From Gemmatimonadaceae bacterium (GTDB lineage Bacteria; Gemmatimonadota; Gemmatimonadetes; Gemmatimonadales; Gemmatimonadaceae), in the NCBI GenBank assembly GCA_025934075.1, contig JAICYT010000001.1, forward strand, positions 1 to 62,718: 62,718 nucleotides of DNA, read 5' to 3'. Positions within the stretch are counted from its first letter, which is position 1. Each line of letters opens with the position of its first letter. A program made the position numbers and the translations under genes. A model generated the notes under the pieces. That model had not been told where the DNA came from. It did no database searches and was given only the letters and a program-made list of their open reading frames with translations. Of the stretch, positions 35,866 through 44,307 are shown piece after piece.

Positions 35866-36396
35866 ATGCCGAAACTAATCGTGCTCTTTTTCGGCGCCGA
35901 GAGCCCGGCGGTGACACTGGCCGAAGCGGCGACCGAGGGAGCGAAGGGCGTTCGGTTCAGCGAGGTCGATCTGCGAAGCGGAGGGGCGCATGAGGCGACT
36001 ACCACGCGTCGACACAAACGGCTGGAGTCATCCGCTCAGATTCGGGACTATGACGGTGTCATTCTCGCATGTCCCGCGGCGGGTGATATTCCCGCCGAAT
36101 TAGGTGCGTTGCTCGACCAGTTGGAAGCCTCGTCATCAGACGCACTCGCTAACACGGTGTTCGGAATCATTGGAGGAGAAAACACGACGCTGCCTGGACG
36201 CGTACTGCGACTCGGCGGACTGCTTGTCGGGGCACCGGCTGCTGTCGTCGATCCGGAAACGCGCGCGCTCCAACTGGGTGCACGTGTTGCGACAGTTGTC
36301 GAGTGGGTGCGCCATGCGTTGAGTCACGAACACGGGCATCACGAGACCGAGCACCATCACCACAGTCATGACGAGCATGGACATCATGGCGCCTAG
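35866..36396 (+). CDS. Flavodoxin-like-fold protein with His-rich C-terminal tail
   Basis: The N-terminus MPKLIVLFFGAES... followed by DYDGVILACPA resembles WrbA/flavodoxin-like reductases. The tail is SHEHGHHETEHHHHSHDEHGHHGA. AAGGA lies 9 nt upstream of the start. Confidence 0.5.
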   Translation: MPKLIVLFFGAESPAVTLAEAATEGAKGVRFSEVDLRSGGAHEATTTRRHKRLESSAQIRDYDGVILACPAAGDIPAELGALLDQLEASSSDALANTVFGIIGGENTTLPGRVLRLGGLLVGAPAAVVDPETRALQLGARVATVVEWVRHALSHEHGHHETEHHHHSHDEHGHHGA

Positions 36397-36418
36397 CGCT
36401 GAATTGGGAATTGGTGGG

Positions 36419-36465
36419 AATTGGGGTCAGACTCCATTTCGCGCAAATGGAGTCTGACCCCAATT
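36419..36465. terminator. 21-bp perfect inverted repeat between convergent genes
   Basis: AATTGGGGTCAGACTCCATTT-cgcgc-AAATGGAGTCTGACCCCAATT. It is preceded by three GAATTGG direct repeats (36401, 36408, 36418). Confidence 0.55.
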
Positions 36466-36485
36466 GGCCTCCGGGCTAGGAGCTT

Positions 36486-37316
36486 TCAGTCCACGAACTC
36501 GACAGTGACGGGCTTCGTGATGATTCCAGCGTCCACGCCACGCTGAAGAAACTGCTTGACGGCTCGCCGACCGCGGTCGCCATAATCGAGCGTCCAGTCG
36601 TTCACGTACATGCCGACGAAAGCGTCAGCCTTGGAGCGATCGAGCCCGCGCGCGTACTGCATCGCGTGATCGAGGGCGCCTTTTCGGTGCTGCAGGCCAT
36701 AGGCGATGCTGTCACGTAAGTGGCGCGAGATCTTCTCCGTCAGATCGTCGCCAAGGTCCTTTCGAACAACGTTGCCGCCAAGCGGGAGAGGCAGTCCGGT
36801 CTCGCCAAACCACCATTCGCCCATATCCTGGATGAGGTGAAGCTGGCGATCACCGAAGGTCAGTTGGCCTTCGTGGATCAACAGGCCGAGGTCGACTTTG
36901 CCGTCAACGACGGCGTCTTCGATTTGGTCGAATGGTGTCACGACCGGCTCGAAGTCCGGCTCGAACAGCCGAAGCGCCAGATACGCGCTCGTCAGCATTC
37001 CGGGAATGGCCACTCGCTTGTCGCGAATATCGGCGCGCGTGAGCGGCTCGCGCGCGACCAGGCGCGGTCCGTATCGATCGCCCATGGACGCCCCGTGGGG
37101 AAGCAGCGCGTAGCGGTCCGAGAGGTAGGCGTACGCGTGAATGGAAACGGCCGTGACCTCGAGCTCACCGCGCATGGCGCGTTGGTTCAGCGTCTCGATG
37201 TCTTGAAGCTCGTGGATGTACGTGAGACCCTCGGTATCGATCTTCCCCGACGCGAGCGCGTAGAACATGAACGCGTCGTCCGAGTCGGGACTATGTGCAA
37301 CGTGAATTGTGGTCAT
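36486..37316 (-). CDS. MqnA/MqnD-family protein (menaquinone biosynthesis via futalosine)
   Basis: The N-terminus HVAHSPDSDDAFMFYAL and a periplasmic-binding-protein-like fold are typical of the MqnA/MqnD/SBP family. Confidence 0.7.
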   Translation of the reverse strand: MTTIHVAHSPDSDDAFMFYALASGKIDTEGLTYIHELQDIETLNQRAMRGELEVTAVSIHAYAYLSDRYALLPHGASMGDRYGPRLVAREPLTRADIRDKRVAIPGMLTSAYLALRLFEPDFEPVVTPFDQIEDAVVDGKVDLGLLIHEGQLTFGDRQLHLIQDMGEWWFGETGLPLPLGGNVVRKDLGDDLTEKISRHLRDSIAYGLQHRKGALDHAMQYARGLDRSKADAFVGMYVNDWTLDYGDRGRRAVKQFLQRGVDAGIITKPVTVEFVD

Positions 37317-38128
37317 GGACGCTGGGCTTCGAGGGCGACCTCGATGTCGTTTTCGTGGGTGACGTACTCGGGGAGTTGCTTCGCGCGTTCGGCAGGCACA
37401 GCGGCGGCGAACTTGTTCCGGTAAGTGCGTTCCGCCGCGGCATCCTTTCGCATGTGCGCGGCATTCGCGGCGAGAATGAGACCGAGCAGGTGATTGGGGT
37501 TTTGCGCGAGAATGGTGTCGGCTTCGGCGCGGGCCAGTGTTTCGTCGCCCGAAACCGCCGCGATGCGGCCGACATCATACCGTTGGTCGAGATCGAGATT
37601 GCCCAGCATTTGATAGGCAGTGATCGCCATTGGAGCGAAGATCTGCACGCTGTCGGCGCGACCGCGCTCGTGAGCTCCCATCACGCGATTGTAGAGACGG
37701 ACGGCTGCCTCGGCGGGGGAAAGATTGCTGATGTCCGGGGCTTGCCCGTTGCCGGTTGCGCCGGCAAACGGCGCTGCGCCGGCGGCGTCAGGGGGCGGAG
37801 GCGTCGACGCATCGTCGGGCGTCCGGCCAAAACGCTGACCAGCGAGCAGTGCGACGAGTGCCACGAGCGCGACCGCAGCGAGTCCCCATGGGACCGCGGT
37901 AGAAAAGCTGGCTTTGCTGTCGTTCCGAGCGTCGGATTGCGCATTCGCCGGTGTGCCGCAGCGGTGGCAGAACTTTGCGCCGGGCGTCAGGGAAGCGCCA
38001 CAGGCGGCACACGTTGCTCCGGCGAGCGGCGAGCCGCAATTCGAGCAAAATTTTCCGGTCGCTGGTTTGCCGCAAGACGCGCAGATCGCGGTGGCGTTCG
38101 CCGGAGGAGGTGAAGCGGGAGAGGCCAT
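37313..38128 (-). CDS. Double zinc-ribbon / single-TM / helical-repeat protein
   Basis: CASCG..FCSNCG and CAACG..FCHRCG zinc ribbons, a TM helix (VPWGLAAVALVALVALLAG), and a C-terminal helical region. 4-nt overlap with the Mqn-family gene. Confidence 0.65.
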   Translation of the reverse strand: MASPASPPPANATAICASCGKPATGKFCSNCGSPLAGATCAACGASLTPGAKFCHRCGTPANAQSDARNDSKASFSTAVPWGLAAVALVALVALLAGQRFGRTPDDASTPPPPDAAGAAPFAGATGNGQAPDISNLSPAEAAVRLYNRVMGAHERGRADSVQIFAPMAITAYQMLGNLDLDQRYDVGRIAAVSGDETLARAEADTILAQNPNHLLGLILAANAAHMRKDAAAERTYRNKFAAAVPAERAKQLPEYVTHENDIEVALEAQRP

Positions 38129-38160
38129 GACGCGAAAGCTACACGGCCTCTGCGCTCACG

Positions 38161-38604
38161 TCAGTGCGCGTGCCGGCCGCCGGGCTCGGAAATTTCTTCG
38201 ACGGTTTTGCCGGCGCGATGCATGTTGTCGGTCTTTCGCAGCACGTCCGCCTGGGAGACGATGCCAACGAGCGATCCGCGTTCGTCGACGATGGGAATGC
38301 GCCGCACTTTTTCATTGCGCATGGCGTCCATCACATGGTCGACGTCGTCGCCGAACGAGCATGTCGCGAGGTCGTCCGTGCTCATCACATCGCGGACGCG
38401 GCACGATCCGTCTTTTCCATCGGCCACACACCGAATGGCGATGTCGCGATCGGTGACGATGCCGACCAACCGCTTGTCGGCGTTGGCTGCGACGACGGGT
38501 ACGACGCCCACGTCTTCGCGCTTCATTACTTGAGCTGCCTCGCGAACGGTTGCGTCCGGAGTCACGCAGCTCGGATCCTTGGTCATGATGTCCTGAATCT
38601 TCAT
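38161..38604 (-). CDS. CBS-domain pair protein
   Basis: Two CBS repeats (IMTKDPSCVTPDATVREAAQVMKREDVGVVPVV and VMSTDDLATCSFGDDVDHVMDAMRNEKVRRIPIV). Confidence 0.85.
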   Translation of the reverse strand: MKIQDIMTKDPSCVTPDATVREAAQVMKREDVGVVPVVAANADKRLVGIVTDRDIAIRCVADGKDGSCRVRDVMSTDDLATCSFGDDVDHVMDAMRNEKVRRIPIVDERGSLVGIVSQADVLRKTDNMHRAGKTVEEISEPGGRHAH

Positions 38605-38742
38605 TTTTCTTCTCCTTCTCCCCGATCGGTGAAGTGCAGAACATCGTTCGGCGCAAAGCGCATGCCCCGATCATCATATCGCCGCTTTGCAACCAGGGTC
38701 GATTCACCTTAGCCTTTACGCGACCCAGGCACCGAGGCTCCT

Positions 38743-40107
38743 CTGCCGTCTCGCTCCCGTTCGCTCACGCCGGACACCGCCGGCGCATCGAAGAAGGACG
38801 TTCTCGAGCTCACCGAGAAGCTCAACGTCCGTTTCATGCGTCTTCAATTCACCGACATCCTGGGCGTCAACAAGAACGTCGAGATTCCGTCGTCGCAGTT
38901 CGACAAGGCGCTTGCCGGCGACATCATGTTCGACGGCTCGTCGATCGAGGGCTTCGTGAGGATAGAAGAATCGGACATGCTGCTCGCGCCCGATCTCGAC
39001 ACGTTTCTCGTCTTCCCGTGGGGTGATCCGGAGAGTCGCATCTGTCGGTTGATCTGCGACATCCGAACGCCGTCAGGCGAGCAATTTGCCGGCGATCCGC
39101 GCGGGACGCTCAAGGCTGTGCTCGCGCGCGCTCTCTCGCTGGGCTACACGATGAATGCCGGAATGGAGGCGGAATTTTTTCTGTTCAAGCCGAACGACTC
39201 CGGCGAAGCAAGCACGACGACGCACGACGTGGGCGGCTATTTCGATTTGGCGCCGGCCGATCTTGGCGAAGATGCGCGTCGTGCGATGGTGGATACGCTC
39301 GAGCGGATGGGGTTCGAGGTCGAGGCGGCGCACCACGAGGTTGCGCACGGACAGCATGAGATCGACTTTCGCTACGCCGATGCGCTGAAAACGGCCGACA
39401 ACATTGCCACCTTCCGATTTGTCGTGAAGCACGTGGCGACGCAGTTCGGACTTCTCGCGTCGTTCATGCCGAAGCCGATCTTTGGCCAGAACGGCAGCGG
39501 CATGCACACGCATCAATCGCTGTTCGCTGGCCGCGACAACGCATTCTGGGATCAGAACGCCGAGTGGGAGTTGTCGAAAACGGCGCTGCACTACGTCGGC
39601 GGGCTGCTGCGGCACGCGCGAGGCATGTGCGCCATCACCAATCCGTTGGTGAACTCGTATAAGCGATTGGTGCCAGGGTACGAAGCGCCGGTGAATGTCG
39701 CGTGGTCGATGCGGAATCGCTCGCCGCTGATTCGCGTTCCAGAACGACGGGGACTCGGTACTCGCGTCGAGCTGCGGTCGCCGGACCCCGCGGCGAATCC
39801 ATATCTCGCGCTCGCGGTCATGCTGGCGGCAGGCTTGGACGGCGTCGAAACCAGCGCCGATTTCCGCGAGCCGGTGAATGAGAACATTTGGGAGATGAGC
39901 TTCCGGGAGAAGCGACGTCTCCGCATCGACGACCTGCCGCATGATCTCAACGAAGCGCTCGACGAACTGGAGAAAGATGACGTGATCACCGGTGCGTTGG
40001 GCAAGCACATCACGTCGCATTTCATCGAAGCAAAGCGGCAAGAATGGCGCGACTACATCACGCAAGTAAGCGCGTGGGAGCTCGAGAGCTATCTCGCCAA
40101 ATATTGA
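38743..40107 (+). CDS. glnA: Glutamine synthetase type I (GSI-alpha-like)
   Basis: [34 protein letters not shown] and [10 protein letters not shown] motifs. The first ATG (38836) would delete the conserved N-terminal strand ([15 protein letters not shown]), which is in frame upstream. The only plausible initiator is CTG 38743, with GAGG 5 nt upstream. Confidence 0.85.
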   Translation: [454 protein letters not shown]

Positions 40108-40110
40108 GGT

Positions 40111-41883
40111 TTAGGGTTCGGGCTTGAGCACGACGGAGACAATGCCCACGACCTGATCGGTCGCAAGCCGCGCGACAGTCGGCGCAGCCTCGTCACCCGC
40201 GACGCGAATCTCGATTGGGCGATTGCGCGGCACGCCGCACGCGAGGAAGCGTCCGTCGCTGGCCAGCGTGCGCACGGTGCGCCTGATGATCGATCCCGGC
40301 GAATGCGCACCTGCAGCTTCGCCGATCCACGACACACTGACGGCGCGTCCCCTCAGCGGCTCGTCCCCGCGGCGGACGCTGCCGACGATCACTCCGGTGT
40401 CGTCGTTGAGCGATTTGGCCTCGTCGAGACACACCGCGCGTGCGGCATCGAGAGATGATTTGACTCGCACGTCGGTGGCCGGAGCTGCGCTCGAATCGAC
40501 GTCGATGCGGACCCGCGTGCGAGCAGCGCCGAGGACATCGAGCTCGGGAGTTGCCACTTCGATGAGATATGCGCCTGGGAGCAAATCGTGGATGGTCGCG
40601 TGTCCAAGCGAATCCGCAAGGACAAAGCGTCGCTGGCTCCCGACGAGAAAGATCGCCGACCGTTCGGCTGGAAGGTCGGCCCGCGTATTCGCACTCATGA
40701 CGTGCAGTTCAATCGAACGTGTGCCGCGAGACCACACCAACGTGCCGTCGCGGCTGACGTCGCGCAGCGTTCCGCCGCTGACATGGAGCTCGTCGATCAC
40801 GGCGTGACGGTAAAGGAGCGCGACCGGGCCGCCGACGCGACGCAGGGCAGGGGGTGGACCTTGTTCCGACGCAACGTGCGCAACGGGCACGCGAATCGTC
40901 CAATTGGTGACAACCCAAGCGCCGGTCGACAAACGCGCGAATCCGACATGACCGCCAGCGGCGGAGTCAGCCCCGGCCATGGGCACGTCGAGATTCACAT
41001 AGTTGAAATCGAGCGAACGCAGCTCGTGCGTGCGTCGATCGAGCCACAACGTGCCACGGATCTCGACGTGCTTTGCTCTCGAGGCCGGATCGAATTCGAG
41101 GGCGATCAGCCGATCAGCGTCGCCTCGTTGCACGCCGACGCGGAAGCAGTGGGTAGCAACGAAATATTCGGACAACAGCGTTTCGATGTCGGGCGCAATA
41201 AACGTTGCGCTGTCGCGCCGCTCGACGACGTAACCATCGCGCTGCAGGCGCTCGGGCGGAGCACTCACCCACGAATGCGTGTCGTAGACGGCCGCTTCCT
41301 TCAGATCGACGTCGAGGAGCTCGCGCGTCTTGAAATCATAGATGCGCGTATGGTCCGTGAGATCGAATCGATATTTTGCGTCGTCGCGCGTAATGGCCGT
41401 CGCGAGCAACGCGGTCTTCGCGTCCTCCCATAGCGCGGTGAGAGCGAGCCCGGAATCCGGTCGAACGGCGCACTGCGTCCGCTCGCGGGTGGTAACTACT
41501 GGGAGATCGAGCGGCAGATCGACCATCTGGATCGCAATGGTCGTATCGCCGGCAAGACTGAATGGCGCGGATGTCATCGGACGAAAGCCGATGCGCAGCG
41601 CACGAATCTGGTAGTGCCCACGCGTCGGCGCATACAGGATGTAGTCGCCGTGCTCGTCCGCGAGTGTACGCGCCGCGATCGCGTTCGCGCTGTCGATCAG
41701 CAGCAGAACTGTCCCCGCAATTCCGTCGCTGATCGCGCGCGAATGCACTGATCCGCGCACCACCTGTCCGGTCGCTGACCCCACCAGCGTCATCAGCAAC
41801 CCACAAGCAAGCAGCGGGACGCGCAGAGTCGAATGACGTGCGCGATGCCGCAAATGACGAAGATGGGGCCGGCCACGGTGCAT
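40111..41883 (-). CDS. Carboxypeptidase-regulatory-like domain protein (secreted)
   Basis: Signal-like N-terminus from ATG 41883. CarboxypepD_reg-type beta-sandwich segments (VRGSVHS...GIAGTVLLLID...DEHGDYILYAPTRGHYQIRALRIGF and a C-terminal GVIVGSVRRG...). The ORF upstream of 41883 overlaps the divergent GNAT gene. Confidence 0.65.
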   Translation of the reverse strand: MHRGRPHLRHLRHRARHSTLRVPLLACGLLMTLVGSATGQVVRGSVHSRAISDGIAGTVLLLIDSANAIAARTLADEHGDYILYAPTRGHYQIRALRIGFRPMTSAPFSLAGDTTIAIQMVDLPLDLPVVTTRERTQCAVRPDSGLALTALWEDAKTALLATAITRDDAKYRFDLTDHTRIYDFKTRELLDVDLKEAAVYDTHSWVSAPPERLQRDGYVVERRDSATFIAPDIETLLSEYFVATHCFRVGVQRGDADRLIALEFDPASRAKHVEIRGTLWLDRRTHELRSLDFNYVNLDVPMAGADSAAGGHVGFARLSTGAWVVTNWTIRVPVAHVASEQGPPPALRRVGGPVALLYRHAVIDELHVSGGTLRDVSRDGTLVWSRGTRSIELHVMSANTRADLPAERSAIFLVGSQRRFVLADSLGHATIHDLLPGAYLIEVATPELDVLGAARTRVRIDVDSSAAPATDVRVKSSLDAARAVCLDEAKSLNDDTGVIVGSVRRGDEPLRGRAVSVSWIGEAAGAHSPGSIIRRTVRTLASDGRFLACGVPRNRPIEIRVAGDEAAPTVARLATDQVVGIVSVVLKPEP

Positions 41884-42078
41884 GCGCACGATCGAGCAGT
41901 CCTCGCAGTGGTCGTGACGTCCTGGAAGATTCGAGCCGCGTTCTGATTCAGCAAGCGCGGGGCGCGGCCGGGATCGACGCTTATTATTCTGCCGTGACCT
42001 CGCTTCCGGTCCGATGATGCATCGGCGTCCATGAACAGGCACAACAATCATTAACGGCACCCCCAGCGACTGCGACCC

Positions 42079-42510
42079 ATGAGCATATCCGTCCGCGATG
42101 CAACGTCCGACGACGCCGAGGCGATTGCCCGGCTGTGCGCACAACTTGGGTATCCGGTAGAATCTCGTATCGTGCCCGGACGACTGGCCCGCTTGGAGTC
42201 CGACCCGAACGCTCGTTCACTCGTTGCGGAAGCAGCCAGCGCCGTCGCCGGCCTGGCCACTGTGCATTTGCGATTCACACTGAATCACGAGGCGCCGATT
42301 GCGCAGCTGACGCTGCTCGTCGTCGACGAAGCGCATCGCACACACGGAGTCGGCCGCGCGCTGGTAAACGCCGCCGAGGAGTGGTCGCGCTCGCGGGGCG
42401 CCAAACGGTTCGTGGTGACGACCGCGCTTCGGCGTGCCGACGCGCACGCATTCTATGAGAGGCTCGAGTTCAAACACACTGGACGCCGCTACGGAAAAGA
42501 CTTCTCTTAA
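42079..42510 (+). CDS. GNAT-family N-acetyltransferase
   Basis: VRDATSDDAEAIARL...LLVVDEAHRTHGVGRALV...FYERLEF, containing the acetyl-CoA motif A. Confidence 0.8.
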   Translation: MSISVRDATSDDAEAIARLCAQLGYPVESRIVPGRLARLESDPNARSLVAEAASAVAGLATVHLRFTLNHEAPIAQLTLLVVDEAHRTHGVGRALVNAAEEWSRSRGAKRFVVTTALRRADAHAFYERLEFKHTGRRYGKDFS

Positions 42511-42522
42511 CGCTCTCTCTCG

Positions 42523-43383
42523 ATGGACGTATCGATGATGCGACTCGACCGGCGGGCAGCGCGGCTTCTCTCGATCGCTGCAATCGCCGTTGCTATTGTT
42601 GCCGCGAAAGCTCCAACGCCGACCTACGAGGTCTACGCGATTCGGTACGCGACGATTCCGGCGTTTCGCGCATCCGGCCTCATCGCCGGCGCGGACACGA
42701 GTCGCCGGCTGGACATCGCCATGATGGTCTGGCTGCTCACGGTCTCCGATGGACGCAAGGTTCTCGTCGACGCCGGATTCCATCGCGACGATTTTGTGCA
42801 GCGGTGGCACCCCACCGGATTCGTGGCTCCGAGCGAGGCTGTAGCTCGCGCCGGCGTCAGGCCGGATGAGATCACGGATCTGATCATCTCGCACATTCAC
42901 TGGGACCATCTCGACGGGCTCGATCTCTTCCCGAAGGCGCGCGTGTGGATTCAGCGCGAGGAGTTCGACTACTACCTCGATTCGGCCGGTACGGTGAAGA
43001 ACCGCTCTATCGACGCAGGAGACGCGAAGATGTTGGCGCAGGCGGCACGCGAAGGCCGAGTCATGCTCATCGACGGCGATGCGAAGGAAATCATTCCTGG
43101 GATCACCGTCTATACGGGCGGCAAGCACACGTTCGGGTCGCAGTTCGCCACAGTGCACGCAACGGCCGGAACGATCGTCGTCGCGTCAGACAACATGTAC
43201 TTGTACGAAAATCTCGCTCGCCACGTGCCGATCGCGCAGACGCTCGACTCCGCGTCCAACTTGAGAACGCAGGAGCGCATGGTGACGCTCGCGTCCGACC
43301 CGCGATTGATCGTGCCTGGTCACGACTCACAGGTGTTCGTGCGATTTCCAACGCCTGGCAACGGCGTCGCGCGGATTCAGTAG
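42523..43383 (+). CDS. MBL-fold metallo-hydrolase (lactonase-like)
   Basis: ISHIHWDHLDG gives the HxHxDH motif. Signal/TM-like N-terminus. Confidence 0.8.
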   Translation: MDVSMMRLDRRAARLLSIAAIAVAIVAAKAPTPTYEVYAIRYATIPAFRASGLIAGADTSRRLDIAMMVWLLTVSDGRKVLVDAGFHRDDFVQRWHPTGFVAPSEAVARAGVRPDEITDLIISHIHWDHLDGLDLFPKARVWIQREEFDYYLDSAGTVKNRSIDAGDAKMLAQAAREGRVMLIDGDAKEIIPGITVYTGGKHTFGSQFATVHATAGTIVVASDNMYLYENLARHVPIAQTLDSASNLRTQERMVTLASDPRLIVPGHDSQVFVRFPTPGNGVARIQ

Positions 43384-44288
43384 ACGCCCAAGTCTTTGCC
43401 AGAAACGACGACGCCTTTGTAGCGCGTGTGTACCTCCCGCAGCAGCGCGGCGTCGGCGATGTCGCTCGGGAGTTGGTGGTAGAGCACGAGCAGTTTGGGT
43501 CGGGCCTTGGTGGCGATGTCGCCTAGCTCGTATCCCGGCGTGTGGTACGCGCGATGATATGCTTGCCACTCGGGTGTGCGCCCCTTGAGTGACTCTGACG
43601 AGATGACCTCGTGTACCAGCACGTCGCATCCGCTGCAGGCTCGTGCGACCGCATCGCTCGGCGCTGTATCGCCTGAGATGACGATGATGCGATCGGGTGT
43701 TTGAAACCGATAACCATAGGCGTGGGGCCATTTGCCATGCGCAACCTCGAACGCCGTAACGGTGACCAGGCTGTCGCGATAGACAACGCCCGCCGGGACG
43801 TCGTGGCCTTTTCCGCCATAACCCGTTTTGTTCGACGGTTCGCCACCGTGGAGTCGAATGTCGATGTCCTGCGCGTAGGCCGCCTCGAGATGGTCGACCA
43901 TCGCCGTCGTTCCCGGTGGTCCGTACACAGCGAGCGGAGTGGTTCGCCCAAGCACCCAGGGCGAGAGCATCAAGTCCGGTAGTCCGACCGTGTGATCCGA
44001 GTGCAGGTGTGTCAAGAACGCGATGCAAAGACTGGTCATCGGAATCTTGGCGGCCGCTGCCCGACGCACGATGCCGGGGCCAGCATCGATGATGTACGTA
44101 TTGCTGTCGACGACGATCGCGACGGCCGGTCCGGAGCGCGCGGGGTCCGCATTCGGTGTGCCTGTGCCCAGCAGAATGACGTGCGTGCGAACCGGAGGCG
44201 CGGGCACGCCAAGGTGCGGCTCGGCGAGCAGCAGGGTCGCGAAGGAGAGACCGATCGCGCGCGGCGTTCTGGACAGAAGCGGGATCAT
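43377..44288 (-). CDS. MBL-fold metallo-hydrolase (RNase Z/ElaC-like fold), secreted
   Basis: LTHLHSDH motif and a signal peptide. Convergent 7-nt overlap with the preceding MBL gene. Confidence 0.8.
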   Translation of the reverse strand: MIPLLSRTPRAIGLSFATLLLAEPHLGVPAPPVRTHVILLGTGTPNADPARSGPAVAIVVDSNTYIIDAGPGIVRRAAAAKIPMTSLCIAFLTHLHSDHTVGLPDLMLSPWVLGRTTPLAVYGPPGTTAMVDHLEAAYAQDIDIRLHGGEPSNKTGYGGKGHDVPAGVVYRDSLVTVTAFEVAHGKWPHAYGYRFQTPDRIIVISGDTAPSDAVARACSGCDVLVHEVISSESLKGRTPEWQAYHRAYHTPGYELGDIATKARPKLLVLYHQLPSDIADAALLREVHTRYKGVVVSGKDLGVY

Positions 44289-44307
44289 AGAGCGCAGGAG
44301 GCGATGT

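Noticed and set aside
36401-36424. Short direct repeats (GAATTGG x3) as a possible CRISPR or iteron array
   Set aside because: There are only three 7-nt units with no spacers of CRISPR size and no cas genes. They merge into a terminator-like hairpin.
38836-38838. ATG as the glnA start codon
   Set aside because: It would remove about 20-30 conserved N-terminal residues that are encoded in frame immediately upstream. See the finding on the CTG start.
43377-43383. 7-nt convergent overlap of two MBL-fold genes as a possible fused or frameshifted gene
   Set aside because: The genes are on opposite strands, and each has its own complete HxHxDH motif and N-terminus. This is simply a 3'-end overlap.
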